From the NCBI RefSeq assembly GCF_003334255.1, contig NZ_QOWU01000013.1: a DNA stretch of 64,000 bases. One strand, 5' to 3'. The first letter of the stretch is position 1, and the number at the start of each line of letters is the position of its first letter. The stretch is from Escherichia coli. GTDB taxonomy: Bacteria > Pseudomonadota > Gammaproteobacteria > Enterobacterales > Enterobacteriaceae. The notes below the pieces were generated by a model. The model had not been told where the DNA came from and ran no database searches. It saw nothing but the letters and a program-made list of their open reading frames with translations. Position numbers and translations under genes: made by a program. Shown piece by piece: positions 10,446 to 21,807 of the stretch.

Positions 10446-11732
10446 TTACTGATGATTCATCATCAATTTACGCAACGCAGCAAAATCGGCGGGCAGATTA
10501 TGTGAAAGCAAGGGTAAATCAGCACGTTCTGCCAGCTCTTTTGGCAGATCCAACGTTTCACCGAGAATCGCTTCCACGCTCTCTTTAAATTTCGCCGGAT
10601 GCGCGGTGCCGAGGAACAAGCCATATTCGCCTGGATTCAACTGATCACGCAGCGCACGATAAGCTACGGCAGCGTGCGGCTCCGAAGTGTAGCCCAGTTC
10701 TTTTAACTCACGCATTGTCTGTTGCGTGGTTTCATCATCCACGGCTGCATAACCCAGCTCTTTCAGTTGCCAGATTTTGCGGCGGAACAACTCTTCCACA
10801 CGCGGCCAGTTGTTCGGCTGACTCACGTCCATCGCGTTGGATAACGTCGCCTGAGTCGCTTTGGGTGACCACTGACCGTCGTGCAGGAAACGTGGCACGG
10901 TATCGTTCACGTTGGTCGCAGCAATAAAACGTTTCACCGGCAGACCGAGTGACTTCGCCAGCAGACCCGCCGTCAAATCGCCGAAGTTTCCGCTTGGCAC
11001 CGAGACAACCAGCTGGTTGCGCGTCTCCTGCGGCAGCTGCGCAACAGCTTCAAAGTAGTAGCAAATCTGCGCCAGCAAACGGCTGATGTTAATCGAGTTA
11101 GCCGAGTTTAACCCTAGCGCCACTTTCAGTTCTTCATCATCAAACGCCTGCTTCACCAGCGCCTGACAGGCATCGAAATCGCCGTCGATGGCAACAGTTT
11201 CGATATTGCCGCCCAATGTACAGAACAGTTTTTCTTGCAGTGGACTGATTTTGCCTCGTGGATAGAGGATAACCACTTTCACATTCGGTAAACCGTAGAA
11301 AGCATGAGCCACTGCCGCTCCGGTATCACCGGAGGTCGCGGTCAGAATGGTCACTGGCTTATCACCCGCAATATGGGTCAGCATTTGTGCCATAAAGCGA
11401 CCGCCGAAATCTTTAAATGCCAGCGTTGGCCCGTGGAACAATTCCAGACAACCGACATCGCTTTCAACATTGGCGACCGGAGCCGGGAAGGCAAACGCCG
11501 CGCGCACGCGCTCTTCCAGGATTTCCTGTGGGATTTCATCACCAATAAACGCCGAGAGGATCTTCGCACTGCGGGTGACAAAATCCAGCTTCAGCATCTC
11601 ATCAATTTCAGTCAGGCTGAATTCCGGCAGGTCGTGCGGAAAAAACAGCCCCTGATTTTTGCCCAACCCCTGGGTTACGGCTTGCGCAAAGCTGACCTGC
11701 TCGTTGTGATCTTTCAGATTGTAGAGTTTCAT
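10446..11732 (-). CDS. thrC: Threonine synthase, 428 aa
   Basis: Full-length ORF (MKLYNLKDHNEQVSFAQAV...); last gene of thrLABC. Confidence 0.97.
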   Translation of the reverse strand: MKLYNLKDHNEQVSFAQAVTQGLGKNQGLFFPHDLPEFSLTEIDEMLKLDFVTRSAKILSAFIGDEIPQEILEERVRAAFAFPAPVANVESDVGCLELFHGPTLAFKDFGGRFMAQMLTHIAGDKPVTILTATSGDTGAAVAHAFYGLPNVKVVILYPRGKISPLQEKLFCTLGGNIETVAIDGDFDACQALVKQAFDDEELKVALGLNSANSINISRLLAQICYYFEAVAQLPQETRNQLVVSVPSGNFGDLTAGLLAKSLGLPVKRFIAATNVNDTVPRFLHDGQWSPKATQATLSNAMDVSQPNNWPRVEELFRRKIWQLKELGYAAVDDETTQQTMRELKELGYTSEPHAAVAYRALRDQLNPGEYGLFLGTAHPAKFKESVEAILGETLDLPKELAERADLPLLSHNLPADFAALRKLMMNHQ

Positions 11733-12665
11733 TTAGTTTTCCAGTACTCGTGCGCCCGCCGTATCCAGCCGGCAAATATGAACAAAACCTTCCTGATTTT
11801 GCAGGTAGTTCTTACCCAACCAGTCGGCAACGCGCTGGGCGGTTTCCGGCTTGTCACACAGAGCGAACAAGGTCGGGCCGGAGCCGGAGATACCGCTCGC
11901 TACCGCGCCGATTTCCGCGACCGCCTGCCGCGCCTGCCGGAAGCCTGGCAGTAACCGTTCACGGTAGGGTTCAGCGATAACATCTTTCATCAGCTTCGCG
12001 GCAAGCTCAGGCTGACGGGAATAGCAGGCGTGAATGAAGCCTGCCAGATGTCGCCCGTGCGCAATGCAATCCTGGCGGCGATACTGCGCCGGTAAAATAG
12101 CCCTGGCTTCTGCCGTCGAGACTTTAATCCCCGGATACGCCAGCACCCACAGCCACTCATCAAACCCTGGCACTTGCTGGCTGATGATGTCGTTTTCTTC
12201 GATCATCAACTGCATACCACCGAGAAAACACGGTGCCACGTTGTCGTAATGAATGCTGCCGGAGATACGGCCTTCCAGCTCGCCCATCAAAGCCAGCAAA
12301 CGAGTGTCATTAAGCGGCTTGCCGCAGTGTTCATTCATCGCCATCAGCGCCGCGACCACCGAACAGGCACTGGAGCCTAAGCCCGAACCGATCGGCATAT
12401 TCTTTTCCAGGGTCATCGCCACTGGAATTTGCTTACCCAGTTCCTGGCAAAAACGCTCCCAGCACTGATAAACGATATTTTCCCGTGGTTCTGACGGCAG
12501 CTTATCGGCAAAGCGTCCGAGGTTGTTGAGACTGAATGTCTCTGCCGCCTCAACCGTGACTACATCTCCGAGCAATGCACCATCAACAGGTGTCACCGCC
12601 GCCCCGAGCACATCAAACCCGACGCTCATATTGGCACTGGAAGCCGGGGCATAAACTTTAACCAT
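11733..12665 (-). CDS. thrB: Homoserine kinase, 310 aa
   Basis: GHMP-kinase motif [10 protein letters not shown]; stop/start adjacent to thrC (cat at 11730-11732). Confidence 0.97.
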   Translation of the reverse strand: MVKVYAPASSANMSVGFDVLGAAVTPVDGALLGDVVTVEAAETFSLNNLGRFADKLPSEPRENIVYQCWERFCQELGKQIPVAMTLEKNMPIGSGLGSSACSVVAALMAMNEHCGKPLNDTRLLALMGELEGRISGSIHYDNVAPCFLGGMQLMIEENDIISQQVPGFDEWLWVLAYPGIKVSTAEARAILPAQYRRQDCIAHGRHLAGFIHACYSRQPELAAKLMKDVIAEPYRERLLPGFRQARQAVAEIGAVASGISGSGPTLFALCDKPETAQRVADWLGKNYLQNQEGFVHICRLDTAGARVLEN

Positions 12666-12666
12666 G

Positions 12667-15129
12667 TCAGACTCCTAACTTCCATGAGAGGGTACGTAGC
12701 AGATCAGCAAAGACACCGGCAGCTGTAACGTCATTGCCCGCACCATATCCGCGCAGTACCAACGGCAGCGGCTGATAATAGTGGCTATAGAAGGCCAGGG
12801 CGTTTTCGCCATTTTTCACTTTGAACAGCGGATCATTACCATCCACTTCGGCAATCTTCACGCGGCAGACGCCATCTTCATCAATATTGCCAACATAGCG
12901 CAAAACTTTTCCTTCATCACGGGCCTTCGCCACGCGCGCGGCAAAGAGATCGTCGAGTTGTGACAGATTCGCCATAAAAGCGGCAACATCACCCTCGGCG
13001 TTAAACTCTGCGGGCAGCACAGGTTCAATTTCAATATCCGCCAGCTCCAGTTCACGTCCCGTTTCACGAGCGAGAATCAATAGTTTACGCGCCACATCCA
13101 TACCAGAAAGATCATCTCGCGGGTCCGGTTCGGTATAACCCATTTCCCGCGCCAGCGTGGTCGCCTCGGAGAAACTCATGCCTTCGTCTAACTTGCCGAA
13201 GATATAAGAAAGCGAACCAGAAAGAATGCCGGAGAACTTCATCAATTCATCACCTGCATTGAGCAGATTTTGCAGGTTCTCAATAACCGGTAATCCAGCC
13301 CCAACGTTGGTGTCATAGAGGAATTTACGCCGCGATTTTTCCGCCGCATAACGCAACTGATGGTAGTAATCCATCGACGAGGTGTTGGCCTTTTTGTTCG
13401 GCGTGACAACGTGGAAACCTTCGCGCAGGAAGTCGGCATATTGATCCGCCACTGCCTGGCTGGAAGTGCAGTCAACAATGACCGGGTTCAGCAGATGATA
13501 TTCTTTCACGAGGCGAATTAAGCGCCCGAGATTAAACGGCTCTTTGGCTTGCGCCAGTTCTTCCTGCCAGTTTTCCAGATTAAGGCCATGTACATTGGTG
13601 AGCAGAGCCTTCGAGTTGGCAACACCGCAGACACGTAAGTCGATATGTTTATTCTTCAGCCAGCTTTGCTGACGCTTCAGTTGCTCCAGCAGCGCACCGC
13701 CAACGCCACCGACGCCAATCACAAACACTTCGATAACCTGATCGGTATTGAACAGCATCTGATGAGTAACGCGCACGCCAGTGGTCGCATCATCGTTATT
13801 TACCACGACAGAGATTGAGCGTTCAGAAGATCCCTGAGCAATGGCGACAATGTTGATATTGGCGCGGGCCAGTGCGGCAAAGAATTTCGCCGAGATCCCA
13901 CGCAAGGTGCGCATACCATCACCTACCACCGAGATAATGGCCAGCCGTTCCGTCACTGCCAGCGGCTCCAGTAAGCCTTCTTTCAGTTCCAGGTAGAACT
14001 CTTCCTGCATTGCCCGTTCAGCTCGCACACAGTCGCTTTGTGGAACGCAGAAACTGATGCTGTATTCGGAAGATGATTGCGTAATCAGCACCACGGAAAT
14101 ACGGGCGCGTGACATCGCTGCAAAGACGCGCGCCGCCATGCCGACCATCCCTTTCATCCCCGGACCAGAAACGCTGAACATTGCCATGTTATTCAGATTG
14201 GAAATGCCCTTGACCGGTAATTCGTCTTCATCACGGCTGGCACCAATGAGCGTACCTGGTGCTTGAGGATTTCCGGTATTTTTAATCAGGCAAGGGATCT
14301 GGAACTGGGCGATGGGGGTAATGGTGCGGGGGTGAAGAACTTTAGCGCCGAAGTAGGAAAGCTCCATCGCTTCTTGGTAGGACATCGACTTCAACAACCT
14401 CGCATCGGGCACCTGACGCGGGTCGCAGGTATAGACCCCGTCAACGTCCGTCCAAATCTCGCAACAATCGGCGCGTAAACAGGCAGCCAGCACCGCAGCA
14501 GAGTAGTCGGAACCGTTGCGTCCAAGCACCACCAGTTCGCCTTTTTCATTACCGGCGGTGAAACCTGCCATCAGCACCATGTGATCAGCCGGAATGCGGC
14601 TTGCCGCAATACGGCGGGTGGACTCAGCAATATCGACGGTAGATTCGAGGTAATGCCCCACTGCCAGCAGTTTTTCGACCGGATCGATAACAGTAACGTT
14701 GTGACCGCGCGCTTCTAATACGCCGGCCATAATGGCGATCGACATTTTCTCGCCACGGCAAATCAGCGCAGCGTTGATGCTATCCGGGCACTGCCCCAAC
14801 AAACTAATGCCATGCAGGACATGTTTTATTTGGGCAAATTCCTGATCGACGAAAGTTTTCAATTGCGCCAGCGGGAACCCCGGCTGGGCGGCGGCGAGTC
14901 CCGTCAAAAGTTCGGCAAAAATACGTTCGGCATCGCTGATATTGGGTAAAGCATCCTGGCCGCTAATGGTTTTTTCAATCATCGCCACCAGGTGGTTGGT
15001 GATTTTGGCGGGGGCAGAGAGGACGGTGGCCACCTGCCCCTGCCTGGCATTGCTTTCCAGAATATCGGCAACACGCAGAAAACGTTCTGCATTTGCCACT
15101 GATGTACCGCCGAACTTCAACACTCGCAT
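12667..15129 (-). CDS. thrA: Bifunctional aspartokinase I / homoserine dehydrogenase I, 820 aa
   Basis: [17 protein letters not shown] aspartokinase N-terminus; 1 bp gap to thrB. Confidence 0.97.
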
Positions 15130-15155
15130 GGTTGTTACCTCGTTACCTTTGGTCG

Positions 15156-15192
15156 AAAAAAAAAGCCCGCACTGTCAGGTGCGGGCTTTTTT
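15156..15192 (-). terminator. thr attenuator (leader terminator)
   Basis: On the thr strand: GC-rich hairpin AAGCCCGCACCTGACAGTGCGGGCTT followed by T9, between thrL and thrA. Confidence 0.85.
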
Positions 15193-15210
15193 CTGTGTTT
15201 CCTGTACGCG

Positions 15211-15279
<69 letters not shown>

Positions 15280-15299
15280 TGTTGTGTACTCTGTAATTT

Positions 15300-15360
15300 T
15301 TATCTGTCTGTGCGCTATGCCTATATTGGTTAAAGTATTTAGTGACCTAAGTCAATAAAA
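15300..15360 (-). promoter_or_regulatory. thr operon promoter region
   Basis: -35 TTGACT (window 15350-15355 on the minus strand) upstream of thrL; -10 not pinned exactly. Confidence 0.5.
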
Positions 15361-15489
15361 TTTTAATTTACTCACGGCAGGTAACCAGTTCAGAAGCTGC
15401 TATCAGACACTCTTTTTTTAATCCACACAGAGACATATTGCCCGTTGCAGTCAGAATGAAAAGCTGAAAAATACTTACTAAGGCGTTTT

Positions 15490-16176
15490 TTATTTGGTGA
15501 TATTTTTTTCAATATCATGCAGCAAACGGTGCAACATTGCCGTGTCTCGTTGCTCTAAAAGCCCCAGGCGTTGTTGTAACCAGTCGACCAGTTTTATGTC
15601 ATCTGCCACTGCCAGAGTCGTCAGCAATGTCATGGCTCGTTCGCGTAAAGCTTGCAGTTGATGTTGGTCTGCCGTTGCATCACTTTTCGCCGGTTGTTGT
15701 ATTAATGTTGCTAATTGATAGCAATAGACCATCACCGCCTGCCCCAGATTGAGCGAAGGATAATCCGCCACCATCGGCACACCAGTAAGAACGTCAGCCA
15801 ACGCTAACTCTTCGTTAGTCAACCCGGAATCTTCGCGACCAAACACCAGCGCGGCATGGCTCATCCATGAAGATTTTTCCTCTAACAGCGGCACCAGTTC
15901 AACTGGCGTGGCGTAGTAATGATATTTCGCCCGACTGCGCGCAGTGGTGGCGACAGTGAAATCGACATCGTGTAACGATTCAGCCAATGTCGGGAAAACT
16001 TTAATATTATCAATAATATCACCAGATCCATGTGCGACCCAGCGGGTGGCTGGCTCCAGGTGTGCCTGACTATCGACAATCCGCAGATCGCTAAACCCCA
16101 TCGTTTTCATTGCCCGCGCCGCTGCCCCAATATTTTCTGCTCTGGCGGGTGCGACCAGAATAATCGTTATACGCAT
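15490..16176 (-). CDS. lasT: SpoU/TrmH-family RNA methyltransferase LasT (YjtD), 228 aa
   Basis: MRITIILVAPARAENIGAAARAMKTMGF N-terminus; ATG at 16174-16176. The ORF-track start is 7 codons upstream. Confidence 0.9.
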   Translation of the reverse strand: MRITIILVAPARAENIGAAARAMKTMGFSDLRIVDSQAHLEPATRWVAHGSGDIIDNIKVFPTLAESLHDVDFTVATTARSRAKYHYYATPVELVPLLEEKSSWMSHAALVFGREDSGLTNEELALADVLTGVPMVADYPSLNLGQAVMVYCYQLATLIQQPAKSDATADQHQLQALRERAMTLLTTLAVADDIKLVDWLQQRLGLLEQRDTAMLHRLLHDIEKNITK

Positions 16177-16575
16177 ATTGCCACTCTTCTTGATCAAATA
16201 ACCGCGAACCGGGTGATCACTGTCAACTTATTACGCGGTGCGAATTTACAAATTCTTAACGTAAGTCGCAGAAAAAGCCCTTTACTTAGCTTAAAAAAGG
16301 CTAAACTATTTCCTGACTGTACTAACGGTTGAGTTGTTAAAAAATGCTACATATCCTTCTGTTTACTTAGGATAATTTTATAAAAAATAAATCTCGACAA
16401 TTGGATTCACCACGTTTATTAGTTGTATGATGCAACTAGTTGGATTATTAAAATAATGTGACGAAAGCTAGCATTTAGATACGATGATTTCATCAAACTG
16501 TTAACGTGCTACAATTGAACTTGATATATGTCAACGAAGCGTAGTTTTATTGGGTGTCCGGCCCCTCTTAGCCTG

Positions 16576-16716
16576 TTATGTTGCTGTTAAAATGGTTAGG
16601 ATGACAGCCGTTTTTGACACTGTCGGGTCCTGAGGGAAAGTACCCACGACCAAGCTAATGATGTTGTTGACGTTGATGGAAAGTGCATCAAGAACGCAAT
16701 TACGTACTTTAGTCAT
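16576..16716 (-). CDS. yjjY: Small ORF YjjY, 46 aa (MTKVRNCVLDALSINVNNIISLVVGTFPQDPTVSKTAVILTILTAT)
   Basis: Translated by hand; corresponds to the annotated K-12 small ORF embedded antisense in the arcA upstream region. Evidence that it encodes a protein is weak. Confidence 0.4.
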   Translation of the reverse strand: MTKVRNCVLDALSINVNNIISLVVGTFPQDPTVSKTAVILTILTAT

Positions 16717-16811
16717 GTTACGCCGATCATGTTAATTTGCAGCATGCATCAGGCAGGTCAGGGACTTTTGTACTTCCTGTTTCGATTTAGTTGGCAATTT
16801 AGGTAGCAAAC

Positions 16812-17528
16812 ATGCAGACCCCGCACATTCTTATCGTTGAAGACGAGTTGGTAACACGCAACACGTTGAAAAGTATTTTCGAAGCGGAAGGCTATGATGT
16901 TTTCGAAGCGACAGATGGCGCGGAAATGCATCAGATCCTCTCTGAATATGACATCAACCTGGTGATCATGGATATCAATCTGCCGGGTAAGAACGGTCTT
17001 CTGTTAGCGCGTGAACTGCGCGAGCAGGCGAATGTTGCGTTGATGTTCCTGACTGGCCGTGACAACGAAGTCGATAAAATTCTCGGCCTCGAAATCGGTG
17101 CAGATGACTACATCACCAAACCGTTCAACCCGCGTGAACTGACGATTCGTGCACGCAACCTACTGTCCCGTACCATGAATCTGGGTACTGTCAGCGAAGA
17201 ACGTCGTAGCGTTGAAAGCTACAAGTTCAATGGTTGGGAACTGGACATCAACAGCCGTTCGTTGATCGGCCCTGATGGCGAGCAGTACAAGCTGCCGCGC
17301 AGCGAGTTCCGCGCCATGCTTCACTTCTGTGAAAACCCAGGCAAAATTCAGTCCCGTGCTGAACTGCTGAAGAAAATGACCGGCCGTGAGCTGAAACCGC
17401 ACGACCGTACTGTAGACGTGACGATCCGCCGTATTCGTAAACATTTCGAATCTACGCCGGATACGCCGGAAATCATCGCCACCATTCACGGTGAAGGTTA
17501 TCGCTTCTGCGGTGATCTGGAAGATTAA
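16812..17528 (+). CDS. arcA: Aerobic respiration control response regulator ArcA, 238 aa
   Basis: OmpR-family receiver (ILIVEDE...D54 region DINLPGKNG) plus winged-helix output domain. Confidence 0.97.
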
Positions 17529-17545
17529 TCGGCTTTACCACCGTC

Positions 17546-17577
17546 AAAAAAAACGGCGCTTTTTAGCGCCGTTTTTA
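17546..17577. terminator. Bidirectional rho-independent terminator between arcA and creD
   Basis: A8-CGGCGCT-TTTT-AGCGCCG-T5: a hairpin flanked by A-run and T-run, between convergent genes. Confidence 0.75.
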
Positions 17578-17587
17578 TTTTTCAACC

Positions 17588-18940
17588 TTATTTCCAGATA
17601 CGTAACTCATCGTCCGTTGTAACTTCTTTACTGGCTTTCATTTTCGGCAGTGAAAACGCATACCAGTCGATATTACGGGTCACAAACATCATGCCGGCCA
17701 GCGCCACCACCAGCACACTGGTTCCCAACAACAGCGCGCTATCGGCAGAGTTGAGCAGTCCCCACATCACACCATCCAGCAACAACAGCGCGAGGGTAAA
17801 CAACATGCTGTTGCACCAACCTTTCAATACCGCTTGCAAATAAATACCGTTCATTATCGCCCCAATCAGACTGGCGATTATCCATGCCACGGTAAAACCG
17901 GTATGTTCAGAAAGCGCCAGCAAGAGCAAATAAAACATCACCAATGAAAGCCCCACCAGCAAATATTGCATTGGGTGTAAACGTTGCGCGGTGAGCGTTT
18001 CAAAAACAAAGAACGCCATAAAAGTCAGTGCAATCAGCAGAATGGCGTACTTAGTCGCCCGGTCAGTTAATTGGTATTGATCGGCTGGCGTCGTTACTGC
18101 GACGCTAAACGCCGGGAAGTTTTCCCAGCCGGTATCATTGCCTGAAGCAAAACGCTCACCGAGATTATTAGCAAACCAGCTGCTTTGCCAGTGCGCCTGA
18201 AAACCTGACTCGCTAACTTCCCGTTTGGCTGGTAGAAAATCACCTAAAAAACTGGGATGCGGCCAGTTGCTGGTTAAGGTCATTTCGCTATTACGCCCGC
18301 CAGGCACCACAGAAAGATCGCCGGTACCGCTTAAATTCAGGGCCATATTCAGCTTCAGGTTCTGCTTCCGCCAGTCCCCTTCAGGTAAAGGGATATGCAC
18401 GCCCTGCCCGCCTTGCTCTAACCCGGTGCCGGGTTCAATGGTCAGCGCCGTTCCGTTAACTTCAGGCGCTTTCACCACACCAATACCACGCGCATCCCCG
18501 ACGCTAATCACAATAAATGGCTTGCCTAAGGTGATATTTGGCGCGTTGAGTTCGCTAAGACGCGAAACATCGAAATCGGCTTTTAACGTTAAATCACTGT
18601 GCCAGACCTGACCGGTATAAATCCCTATCTTGCGTTCTTCCACGTTCTGATTGCCATCAACCATCAATGACTCAGGTAACCAAAAATGGATAAAACTTCG
18701 TTTCCGCTCCACGGTTTTATCCTCTTCCTGCACCGTATAAAGCTCGGTCACAGGAATAGCGATGAGCGGCCCAACGAGTTTTTGCGGCCCGCTGGTACTT
18801 TGGCGAATCGCATCTTCCACATCGCTACGGTAATCAGCACGTTCGACAATCACCTGCCGAATCAGCATTATCGGAATCAACAACAGCAATACTGCACCAA
18901 ACAGGCTAGTCATTTTCCAGAACAGGGGGGATTTCAACAT
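17588..18940 (-). CDS. creD: Inner membrane protein CreD, 450 aa
   Basis: Full-length ORF with multiple TM segments; last gene of creABCD. Confidence 0.9.
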   Translation of the reverse strand: MLKSPLFWKMTSLFGAVLLLLIPIMLIRQVIVERADYRSDVEDAIRQSTSGPQKLVGPLIAIPVTELYTVQEEDKTVERKRSFIHFWLPESLMVDGNQNVEERKIGIYTGQVWHSDLTLKADFDVSRLSELNAPNITLGKPFIVISVGDARGIGVVKAPEVNGTALTIEPGTGLEQGGQGVHIPLPEGDWRKQNLKLNMALNLSGTGDLSVVPGGRNSEMTLTSNWPHPSFLGDFLPAKREVSESGFQAHWQSSWFANNLGERFASGNDTGWENFPAFSVAVTTPADQYQLTDRATKYAILLIALTFMAFFVFETLTAQRLHPMQYLLVGLSLVMFYLLLLALSEHTGFTVAWIIASLIGAIMNGIYLQAVLKGWCNSMLFTLALLLLDGVMWGLLNSADSALLLGTSVLVVALAGMMFVTRNIDWYAFSLPKMKASKEVTTDDELRIWK

Positions 18941-18997
18941 AGTCTTCTCCTTTGCAATGGCAGCAGGATACGAAGACTATGTGGGAAGAATTTGAAG

Positions 18998-20422
18998 CTA
19001 TGTGAAGTGACGGTGAAGTCGAAGCGAGGCCAGCACGCCACCTTCCTGCACGTTGCGCAGCGTGACTTCGCCGTTAAACAAACGGGCGACCTCACTGACG
19101 AACGCCAACCCCAGACCGCTGCTTTTTTGCCCATTTGCACGAGGCAAAGAGTAAAAGCGTTCAAAAATACGTGAAAGCGCGTAGTCAGGAATACCACTAC
19201 CGGTATCCAGCACCTTAAGCGTGACGTGTTCCTGATCCACTTCGGCGCTTAGCGTGATGCAACCGCTCTCGGGGGTAAAATCGATGGCGTTATCCAGTAA
19301 ATTTCCCAGCGCCTGCTCCAGTAACGCCGGTTCAGCAGCAACGTTAACCTCGGTGGGCGTAACATGCAGAGTGATTTTTTTTTCTGCCAACTGCACGGTG
19401 CGCGCTTCGCTGACGCGGCGGAATAATGCCGCCACATCAACAGCAGTCAGAACGACTTCCTGACGATTCTCCAGTCTTGCCTGGCGTAGTAACGTTTCTA
19501 CCAATGCCTGCATACGCGCATTTTGCGTCAGAATGTTGTCAGTAAAACGAGCCACCACTTCCGGCGGCGGACCTTCGCGTAAAATTTCCGCCGCTCCACG
19601 AATCGCCGCCAGTGGGCTTTTTAGCTCATGAGTTAATGCGTAAACATACTGCTCAATATAGTTTTTCCCTTCCAGCTTCACGCGCATACTTTCCAGCGCC
19701 TGCGCGAGTTTACGCAACTCGCTACTACCGAGATCGGGGAGAGGAACGGGCTTATTGTCAGTGACGGAATCAGCATAGCGAGTGAGCCGGGCAATAGAGC
19801 GGTTGATCCACCAAACCATGCCTGCGCCAATCACCAGTGCAATCCCCAACAAAATGGCGCTGGCCCATAAAATTCGCCGCTCGCTACGCTTAATGACCGG
19901 AGCCATCGCCGCGTTCGGTTTGCCTACGCTCAAAACGCCAATAAGCCGCGAGCCGTCCATAATCGGTGCGGCAACATACATCACAGAACTTTCGGGATCG
20001 GCAGGATTTTGCAACGTGCTGCGCGCACCATACTGACCACGCAACGTTAGCCAGACGTCATTCCAGCGCGAATAATCCTGTCCAACGGCTTTATTTGCCG
20101 AATCGAACAATACTTTGCCCTGCGCATCGGTCATATAGACATGATATTCATTGCGCACTTTGTTAATGCCACCGATATTGGCGCGAAACGGGCGATGTTG
20201 TAGCTGATTAAACGCCTGCGCCAGTTGCCCATGCGTTGGGTCCCCAGAGAGCAAATCGGGACGCGCCAGCTCCGCCAGCAACGTTGCGGTGTCGATCAAC
20301 GTCCCCTCCGTTGCTCTTCGCACGCCCGGTTTAACTTCTTTGACAAAAATGGCCAGTACGAACCAGGCTGCCACCGCCACCAGTAAAAAATAGCCCAGCA
20401 ACAACCGCATGCCGATACGCAT
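18998..20422 (-). CDS. creC: Sensor histidine kinase CreC, 474 aa
   Basis: Two TM segments, HAMP, H-box (LTHELKSPLAAIRG), G-box (DTGSGIP...GLGLAFV); ends with a TAG stop. Confidence 0.93.
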   Translation of the reverse strand: MRIGMRLLLGYFLLVAVAAWFVLAIFVKEVKPGVRRATEGTLIDTATLLAELARPDLLSGDPTHGQLAQAFNQLQHRPFRANIGGINKVRNEYHVYMTDAQGKVLFDSANKAVGQDYSRWNDVWLTLRGQYGARSTLQNPADPESSVMYVAAPIMDGSRLIGVLSVGKPNAAMAPVIKRSERRILWASAILLGIALVIGAGMVWWINRSIARLTRYADSVTDNKPVPLPDLGSSELRKLAQALESMRVKLEGKNYIEQYVYALTHELKSPLAAIRGAAEILREGPPPEVVARFTDNILTQNARMQALVETLLRQARLENRQEVVLTAVDVAALFRRVSEARTVQLAEKKITLHVTPTEVNVAAEPALLEQALGNLLDNAIDFTPESGCITLSAEVDQEHVTLKVLDTGSGIPDYALSRIFERFYSLPRANGQKSSGLGLAFVSEVARLFNGEVTLRNVQEGGVLASLRLHRHFT

Positions 20423-21111
20423 TACAGGCCCCTCAGGCTATATCCCATGCCGCGATGAGTATTAATCGGTGAAAGATCGGGGTTGATGGCGCGCAGCTTG
20501 GCACGCAGCGTTTTAATGTGGGTATCGACGGTGCGATCGTAGGTGTCCTGCGCATCTTCCCATACGCTATCCATCAGTTGCTGGCGGGACCAGACGCGGC
20601 CCGGTGACTTGAGTAACGTCTTCAACAATAAAAACTCATACCGAGTCAGCGCTAATGGCGTGTCAAACCAGCTGATCTGCGCCGCGGGTTCATTCAATTC
20701 AAAATGTCCAATACGGATGACGGGAGACGGCGTCGAGAACTTCTTCACCCGACGCAGTAAGGTGCGCACCCTGGCGCACACTTCGCGGGGTGAAAACGGT
20801 TTAGCCACGTAGTCGTCAGCACCAATTTCCAGCCCAAGCAGGCGATCGACCTCTTCACTTCGGGCCGTCAGGAACAGTACAGGTAACGCCGGATGGAGCG
20901 CCAGTAACTGGCGGCACAATTCAAAGCCGCTAATATCCGGCAGACCAACATCGAGAATCATGACGTCGGGTACCTGCTTGCGAGCTTTATCCAGCACCGG
21001 CAAGCCTCGCTCAAAGACCTCGACGGCAAAACCTTCCTGCTGCAACATGTAGACCAGCGTGTCGGCTATCCCTTGCTCATCTTCCACTAACCAGACCGTT
21101 TCCCGTTGCAT
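20422..21111 (-). CDS. creB: Response regulator CreB, 229 aa
   Basis: OmpR-family receiver and winged-helix domains; stop overlaps the creC start by 1 nt. Confidence 0.93.
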   Translation of the reverse strand: MQRETVWLVEDEQGIADTLVYMLQQEGFAVEVFERGLPVLDKARKQVPDVMILDVGLPDISGFELCRQLLALHPALPVLFLTARSEEVDRLLGLEIGADDYVAKPFSPREVCARVRTLLRRVKKFSTPSPVIRIGHFELNEPAAQISWFDTPLALTRYEFLLLKTLLKSPGRVWSRQQLMDSVWEDAQDTYDRTVDTHIKTLRAKLRAINPDLSPINTHRGMGYSLRGL

Positions 21112-21123
21112 AAATCGCCTCTG

Positions 21124-21597
21124 TTATTGCCGCCACGGCATGACAGGAACCGCGCTAATCGCGTTTTTCGGCGAACCTTCTACAACTTTGTCGGAGTAAG
21201 CCAGATAAGCGAGCGCGTTGCGTTTGGCATCATAAAAGCGCACGACCTGTAACGACTTAAAGACCAGGGACGTGCGTTTTTTGAATACTACCTCGCCCTG
21301 AGCTTTGCCGTTTTTAATACGATCCGACAGTTCAATCGGCCCGACTTGCTGACAAGAAATGGCCGCATCGGAGGTATCTTCCGCCAGACCCAATCCCCCT
21401 TTAATACCACCGGTTTTCGCCCGGCTCACATAACAGGTGACATTTTTCACATCGGGATCATCAAAGGCTTCCACAACAATTTTGTGATCCGGGCCGATCA
21501 TTTTAAATACGGTGTCGACCGAACCAATCTCTTCTGCATGAGCCAATGGCCCCAGCATTATCAGGCTTAAATACAGGATCAAATGCTTGTATTTCAT
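21124..21597 (-). CDS. creA: Periplasmic protein CreA, 157 aa
   Basis: Signal peptide ([21 protein letters not shown]); first gene of the cre operon. Confidence 0.85.
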   Translation of the reverse strand: MKYKHLILYLSLIMLGPLAHAEEIGSVDTVFKMIGPDHKIVVEAFDDPDVKNVTCYVSRAKTGGIKGGLGLAEDTSDAAISCQQVGPIELSDRIKNGKAQGEVVFKKRTSLVFKSLQVVRFYDAKRNALAYLAYSDKVVEGSPKNAISAVPVMPWRQ

Positions 21598-21807
21598 ATT
21601 GTTACCATTTTTATCTATTACACGAGCAATTAGTTCGTCACGGTAAATAACATATTGATTAAGAACAAAATCTCAATACTTTTATTTCCGTCAAGCCCTA
21701 AAACATACTCTACTAAGAAAAAAACACTGAATGCTAAAACAGCAAAAAATGCTATTATCCAATTACCTGATGTCAGGTGCTCGTTGTTGAAAGGATGAGG
21801 ATATTTT

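Noticed and set aside
16812-20422. Possibility that this is a recoded genome (TAG-free or serine-codon-compressed)
   Set aside because: arcA contains a TCG serine codon, and creC (stop at 18998-19000) and yjjV (stop at 42858-42860) both end in TAG, so codon usage is native.
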